DNA of 64,000 nt, from positions 13,883 through 77,882 of the IMG/VR virus record IMGVR_UViG_3300003543_000059. One strand, written 5' to 3'. The DNA comes from a virus. This document shows, piece after piece, positions 59,464 to 64,000 of the stretch. The stretch's first letter is position 1. Every line of letters starts with the position of its first letter. Made by a program: the position numbers and the translations under genes. The notes under the pieces are model-generated. The model made no database searches, was not told the DNA's origin, and saw only the letters and a list, made by a program, of their open reading frames with translations.

Positions 59464-62400
59464 TTATTCGACTAATGAATTATTAGACAGTTGTTGTTTT
59501 GATGGTACGTCTTTGCCTATAGCAGACAAAATCGCAAGAAGTGGTTTGTCAATTAACCGGAAGAGTTGTGCTTCAACATCAACATCATCTAGATAATCTT
59601 CAGTAAACCATGAGGGTATTTCAGTCGCATCGGTAGGTATTGCTATCGATTTGAACTTGTTGTAATACTTAGTTTTAAGATAATATACCTTAATCTTGGT
59701 GCCTGTCGTAATTTTGATACTTTCGTTATCATTATTACGTTCTCTGGCAATATTCCAATGAACACTGGCTGCTACGTTCCCAGGTAGGAAGGTTTTATAA
59801 CCTTCATTTTTCCAGTTGTTAGTATATTTCACCATGTTCTTAACACCAATAGGTAAACCAATTCTTAGTATAGCTGATTGTTGCAATGATTCTTTGTAAT
59901 CGACAATATCTTGCGCTACATCATCCCAATTGCATTTTTTCAGAATTTGTTCAACAAATTTGCTTAATTGTACTTGATATTCTTTAGGTAAAGTTGACTT
60001 TTTCAATGCTATTCCCATAGCCTTAACTTTGTCTACTTTCTTACCTTCATCATTAACAACATGGACAATATACATTTTCTTCTTCATGAAAATACCAGAA
60101 GAACCAATAATTTCTCTGTCAGTTTCGATGATTTTGTCGCATGTTTCAGTACATAAGAACGCATCTCGCATGAATGCAGGGAACGATTCGTTGACTTTTA
60201 AACCAACAGCATCACCCACCTTTGTTGCGGTTTCAATGTCTTTAGCAAAAGTTTTGAAATAGCTGGAATCGGTATTATGCACCAAGATTCCGTTAGCGAA
60301 GAAAGTGTGGGTATCTTCTATTTCAATATCATAGACATAATCGTTATGTATTATAGGTTCAACCTTCAACACTTTATTAACATGAAAATCATATTCCCAT
60401 AATTGTTGATTTCGTGAGGTGTCATACGATTTGATTTTTTTGCTTTTTCTATCTAGGATAAAACCAACAAGGTCGTTAAATCTGGGATTCCTTTTTATAC
60501 AAAGGTGTTTGGAGAAGGTGCCACTAAATTTACCGTTATATGAATTTTCATTGGATTCAGTAAAATAAGTAGATGCTAATCCAATATACCTTAACAATTT
60601 CTGTGATGATTTTATAAAATCTAAATTTACTGATGTCAACCTAACTATGTTTCCAGTAATCGTTCCATCAGCACTTAAATAGCCTCTAAGGAAAGAAGCT
60701 ATATTGCTTTCAGTCTCAGAAAATATTTTTATCGGGAATGTTTTAACATTGTTAGGGTATAATAATGTTCGTAATAATTTCCATATCTTATTACCACATA
60801 TATTAACATCGTGTGTATTTGGTTTAACTTTAAAAGACGTTATATACCCTTGTTCTACTAGAGGATTCAACAGCTTTTCTGTTATTTCATCAATGTCAAT
60901 AGAACCAACAGATAACCCAACATCACCACTTCTTTCACCTGCATAACCATCACCAATGATATAGCCTAAAAATTCATATATTTCTTTGCTATAACCATTA
61001 TCAACAATGTTATTTCTTGGGATAGATTTCAATGTAATCAGAGATTTAACTCGCCCCCCCAATTCATGTGGTTTCACTTCAACCATGAAGTGTTCATTTT
61101 TGGTTCTAACTGCGGTATTAAGATAACCAATCAAAGAGTGGTCTTCAGTAACGTCTATGTATTCTGAATTAGTTAACCAAACACGATATAATTGTTTAGA
61201 CACTTTATGTCGCATAACATATTTAATAGCTTTGAAACACGATTTGTTAGTTGTCGGGTCATAGGTAAGTCCATCAACACCGTCTAAATTACAATATTCC
61301 TTTTCACCATCTTGATAATCAGTGTGGGTGAATAAATCTTCAATGTTCTTTTCACCCGTGTCTAATATTATTTCACTATCACCTGTCACAGAATCACCAT
61401 AGATGATAGCTTCCCCTTCTAAGTCATATACGCCTGTTAGAAGCTCGTTAACTTTGGCAGTTTGGTGTTTCAATAACACTTGACCTGTTGCGGTTGTAGA
61501 GGCACCTAAACGGGTGTCATTAAACTTGAAATATTTATTACATAGACTACCATAGGCTGCGTTAAGCTGTAGCTTCATAACCTGTTGAATTCTATCGTAA
61601 TATTGAGACTTCGCTATTAATTCTTTGTATTCTGGTGAATCTTTTTCAAAAGCTTCTGATTGTTTAGCGTAATCAATACTCAAAGCTTTAGTTTTTTTAC
61701 GTTCTATGAACCAAGATTCTAACAGACCAGGTAAAATACCTTTGGTTTTGAGATTGAACACCGTTCCATAACCGGAAATCCCCCAACCTTTTTCAAGTAA
61801 GGTTTTACGCCATTCAGCAGCACTCATAGAAATTTTTTGGTCACTTCCAGTGGTTTTTTCTTCAAACTGAAAGTTTAATAGTTGGTCACTTCGACCATGA
61901 ATAGCTTCAAAAGCCTTTTTCTTATTATCAAATTGACCAATAAGAGTTTCAGGACTAATGTTGTTTGAACGTATAGAAGATGGATATAGTGCTGTCATAT
62001 CAACAGACGCTAGATTGTCATGTTGTCCACGTTTAGGAGCGATAACATAGCCGCCTTCAATAGAAGAATGATGACTAGGTATATGGGTATCAGGCACCTT
62101 CAAATCATCTAACACATAATGACAATAGTTAATCATACCTAATTCGGTATTCTTTAACGTTTTCAAACTGTGATGAAATAGTCCAGTCGTGTTGTGATAT
62201 AAAGCATTCGCCTGATTCAAGAATCCTAAGACTCTTTCGAATCCACCAAGAATTTCAGTATCACGAATGTTATAACGAACAAATTTAGTGAAATCATTCT
62301 TATATAAATCAGCTAAAGTTCCTTTGAATTCAAGCTTGCGCATGTCCTTAAGAACTTTTTCTGCTATACTTTCTAACTTGTACGAAGGTTCTTCACCAAA

Positions 62401-63204
62401 TGAAAATTTCTTATACAGTTCAAGATAGTCAATGTTAACCCGTCCAGAAAATCTAACAATAGGTTCCATTTCATTGTAATTTTCTTTTTCACTGAATCGA
62501 GGTTTTGATGCACCTCTGAATGATAACGCATGTAATCTGTGCTCTAACACTTCTTCTATTCGTTTTGCCGTATATGGGTCATCGAACATTTCAGAGTTCC
62601 ACCCAGATATGACATCAGAGTCTTCAATCAAATCTAAGAAACGACCTAACAATTCTCTTTCTGTATTGAAAAATTCAACTTTAGTAGGGTAGTTTAAAGG
62701 TTCAATATCTTCCATGTCAGCTAGAAATTGATTTGCATCTATGTCTTCAGCTCTTTCACCGTTTGGTGGTATAGCCATAACATAGTTGGTATTTTCCCAT
62801 ATATTCAATAAACTTATAGAGTTTATAGGGAATATTGGATTTTTGGCACCTTGAAAATCCACAGCAGGGTCGTAATCGATTTCAATATCGTAGACCGAGA
62901 TGTGTAAATTTGGTGGTATTGCTTGGTAATAATTTTGCGAAAGAACTTTTAGTTCTGCTGGAATATCTGATTCGTAGATTTCTTTGCGCATATGCTTGAA
63001 AGATTTGACACCATCATCGAATGCTTTCCAGTTTACAAAATCATGACGTTTGAGAGATTTGCCGTAAATATTTTTGTATTCACCGTCAACGGCTTCGGTG
63101 TAAAAGTACCAAGGGGCAGGGTAGGTTTTCATAATTCTACCTTTGTCAGTTCTTTCCCAAACAAGAACCTTTTCCCCTTTCCTTATAGATGATATATAAC
63201 TCAA
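59464..63204 (-). CDS. gp43: Family B DNA polymerase with intein
   Basis: Exo DIE, WNSEMFD, YNIRD; pol DMTALYPS, K...N..YG, YGD|TDS; TTG start after AAGGAG. Confidence 0.95.
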   Translation of the reverse strand: MSYISSIRKGEKVLVWERTDKGRIMKTYPAPWYFYTEAVDGEYKNIYGKSLKRHDFVNWKAFDDGVKSFKHMRKEIYESDIPAELKVLSQNYYQAIPPNLHISVYDIEIDYDPAVDFQGAKNPIFPINSISLLNIWENTNYVMAIPPNGERAEDIDANQFLADMEDIEPLNYPTKVEFFNTERELLGRFLDLIEDSDVISGWNSEMFDDPYTAKRIEEVLEHRLHALSFRGASKPRFSEKENYNEMEPIVRFSGRVNIDYLELYKKFSFGEEPSYKLESIAEKVLKDMRKLEFKGTLADLYKNDFTKFVRYNIRDTEILGGFERVLGFLNQANALYHNTTGLFHHSLKTLKNTELGMINYCHYVLDDLKVPDTHIPSHHSSIEGGYVIAPKRGQHDNLASVDMTALYPSSIRSNNISPETLIGQFDNKKKAFEAIHGRSDQLLNFQFEEKTTGSDQKISMSAAEWRKTLLEKGWGISGYGTVFNLKTKGILPGLLESWFIERKKTKALSIDYAKQSEAFEKDSPEYKELIAKSQYYDRIQQVMKLQLNAAYGSLCNKYFKFNDTRLGASTTATGQVLLKHQTAKVNELLTGVYDLEGEAIIYGDSVTGDSEIILDTGEKNIEDLFTHTDYQDGEKEYCNLDGVDGLTYDPTTNKSCFKAIKYVMRHKVSKQLYRVWLTNSEYIDVTEDHSLIGYLNTAVRTKNEHFMVEVKPHELGGRVKSLITLKSIPRNNIVDNGYSKEIYEFLGYIIGDGYAGERSGDVGLSVGSIDIDEITEKLLNPLVEQGYITSFKVKPNTHDVNICGNKIWKLLRTLLYPNNVKTFPIKIFSETESNIASFLRGYLSADGTITGNIVRLTSVNLDFIKSSQKLLRYIGLASTYFTESNENSYNGKFSGTFSKHLCIKRNPRFNDLVGFILDRKSKKIKSYDTSRNQQLWEYDFHVNKVLKVEPIIHNDYVYDIEIEDTHTFFANGILVHNTDSSYFKTFAKDIETATKVGDAVGLKVNESFPAFMRDAFLCTETCDKIIETDREIIGSSGIFMKKKMYIVHVVNDEGKKVDKVKAMGIALKKSTLPKEYQVQLSKFVEQILKKCNWDDVAQDIVDYKESLQQSAILRIGLPIGVKNMVKYTNNWKNEGYKTFLPGNVAASVHWNIARERNNDNESIKITTGTKIKVYYLKTKYYNKFKSIAIPTDATEIPSWFTEDYLDDVDVEAQLFRLIDKPLLAILSAIGKDVPSKQQLSNNSLVE
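60274..61392 (-). mobile_element. Cis intein with LAGLIDADG endonuclease (373 aa) in the PolB YGD/TDS motif
   Basis: Starts SVTGDS, VTEDHS block B, FLGYIIGDG and FLRGYLSADG, ends FANGILVHN|T. Confidence 0.93.
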
Positions 63205-63311
63205 GTTATATCTCCTTTATTGCGTGATTGCGGTTTTTAAAAACCCGCTCTTTTTTGTCCCTTCCTTGACGTTATTGCTTCCTGACATTGTTTTGCATAT
63301 ACAAAACAAGA

Positions 63312-63344
63312 ATGCCACGGTAAGTATGAACTACACCGTGGCAT
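63312..63344 (-). terminator. Hairpin downstream of dsbA
   Basis: ATGCCACGGT / ACCGTGGCAT with a U-rich tail on the minus strand. Confidence 0.6.
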
Positions 63345-63371
63345 CCGTAAAGCGAAAGATTAAACTTTTTA

Positions 63372-63671
63372 CTAATCGTTATCAGTATCGTTATCAGCGT
63401 TATCTTTTGCTTCCATTACAGACTCGTATAAATCACTGAAGTCTTCAGCATCACCAGACACTTCTGAATAGTTTGCTTTATGTGCAACAGTAATCATTTT
63501 CGTGATTAGTTTTTTAGGAATTTCGAATTGTTCAACAATTTCTTCAACAATTTCTTTACGTAATTCCGCTTCCGAATCTGCTCTAGCTAAACTATTAGTG
63601 GCTTCGGAAACCATTTGTTTTAATTTTTGAATATCAGCAGGGTTTGATGGGATTATAACGTTTGATGGCAT
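63372..63671 (-). CDS. dsbA: Double-stranded DNA-binding protein (T4 DsbA-like)
   Basis: E...S..R...E....KEI......I.KK...KM....HK..........F..LYE pattern. Confidence 0.7.
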   Translation of the reverse strand: MPSNVIIPSNPADIQKLKQMVSEATNSLARADSEAELRKEIVEEIVEQFEIPKKLITKMITVAHKANYSEVSGDAEDFSDLYESVMEAKDNADNDTDND

Positions 63672-63855
63672 ATTATTACCTATAATTTTAAAGTTGTGTA
63701 AATGTTTCTATGAATTTATAGAATATACTGTTTTAGAAAAACTGTAAAGCTTTTTATAAATAATAATGTAGTTAGAGAGGATATTATCAGTATCCCCTCA
63801 GCAGATGGAAAGATGTCTGTTGTCCTACGAGTGATATTTATAAAGGGAAGACCTC

Positions 63856-64000
63856 ATGAATTATAATAACCATTACAATAATCTAATAAAGTCTAGGCTA
63901 ATTGAACGTAGTTTTAGATGGAATATTCATAAATGCAGAAAATTGGCTCAAAGTGAAGAGAAATGCGAACTTCAATTATATATTAAACACCACATAATAC
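63856..64000 (+). CDS. HNH homing endonuclease N-terminus (partial; not in ORF track)
   Basis: MNYNNHYNNLI...YIKHHII matches the N-terminus of phage HNH endonucleases; TATAAATA at 63755-63762. Confidence 0.6.
   Translation, partial: MNYNNHYNNLIKSRLIERSFRWNIHKCRKLAQSEEKCELQLYIKHHII

Noticed and set aside
310-63439. Many 60-130 aa ORFs antisense to or nested in long genes (e.g. 310-513, 4513-4860, 8717-9070, 39212-39476, 50373-50573, 59042-59440)
   Set aside because: Shadow ORFs without evident RBS or motifs, overlapping well-supported genes.
1-64000. tRNA or rRNA genes
   Set aside because: No cloverleaf or T-loop signatures noticed in the few intergenic gaps; tRNAscan-SE would be decisive.

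Overview
AT-rich, densely coding fragment of a large T4-superfamily (jumbo-type) myophage genome. It carries baseplate genes (gp5-like, hub, gp53-like), the late sigma factor gp55 with gp47/gp46, a RuvC-like resolvase, a DinG helicase, TerS/TerL, a virion/tail-fibre cluster, gp32-UvsX, an M15 endolysin with a holin-like gene, RNase H, a sliding clamp, PolB and DsbA. Main observations: (1) TerL is fractured by an atypically split intein inserted in Walker A (SRQLGK|TT). The intervening endonuclease-like gene seems to have lost its catalytic core, and a second cis LAGLIDADG intein lies downstream. (2) At least 11 genes start with T4 capsid-targeting-like leaders (TFKEFLxE / MKLxEI..E). They include two amidoligases flanking a gamma-glutamylcyclotransferase, a kinase-like protein and a ParB/Srx protein, suggesting a packaged enzymatic cargo. 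(3) A recurrent hairpin has the TATAAATA late promoter in its 5' arm or loop and buries the RBS or start codon of RuvC, TerS, TerL, the endonucleases and the holin. (4) Seven copies of a ~70 bp early promoter/RBS element head accessory gene blocks. (5) A pseudoknot plus 9-nt repeat leader precedes gp32. All calls are from reading motifs by eye; no database search was run. No tRNA, rRNA or CRISPR array was seen.
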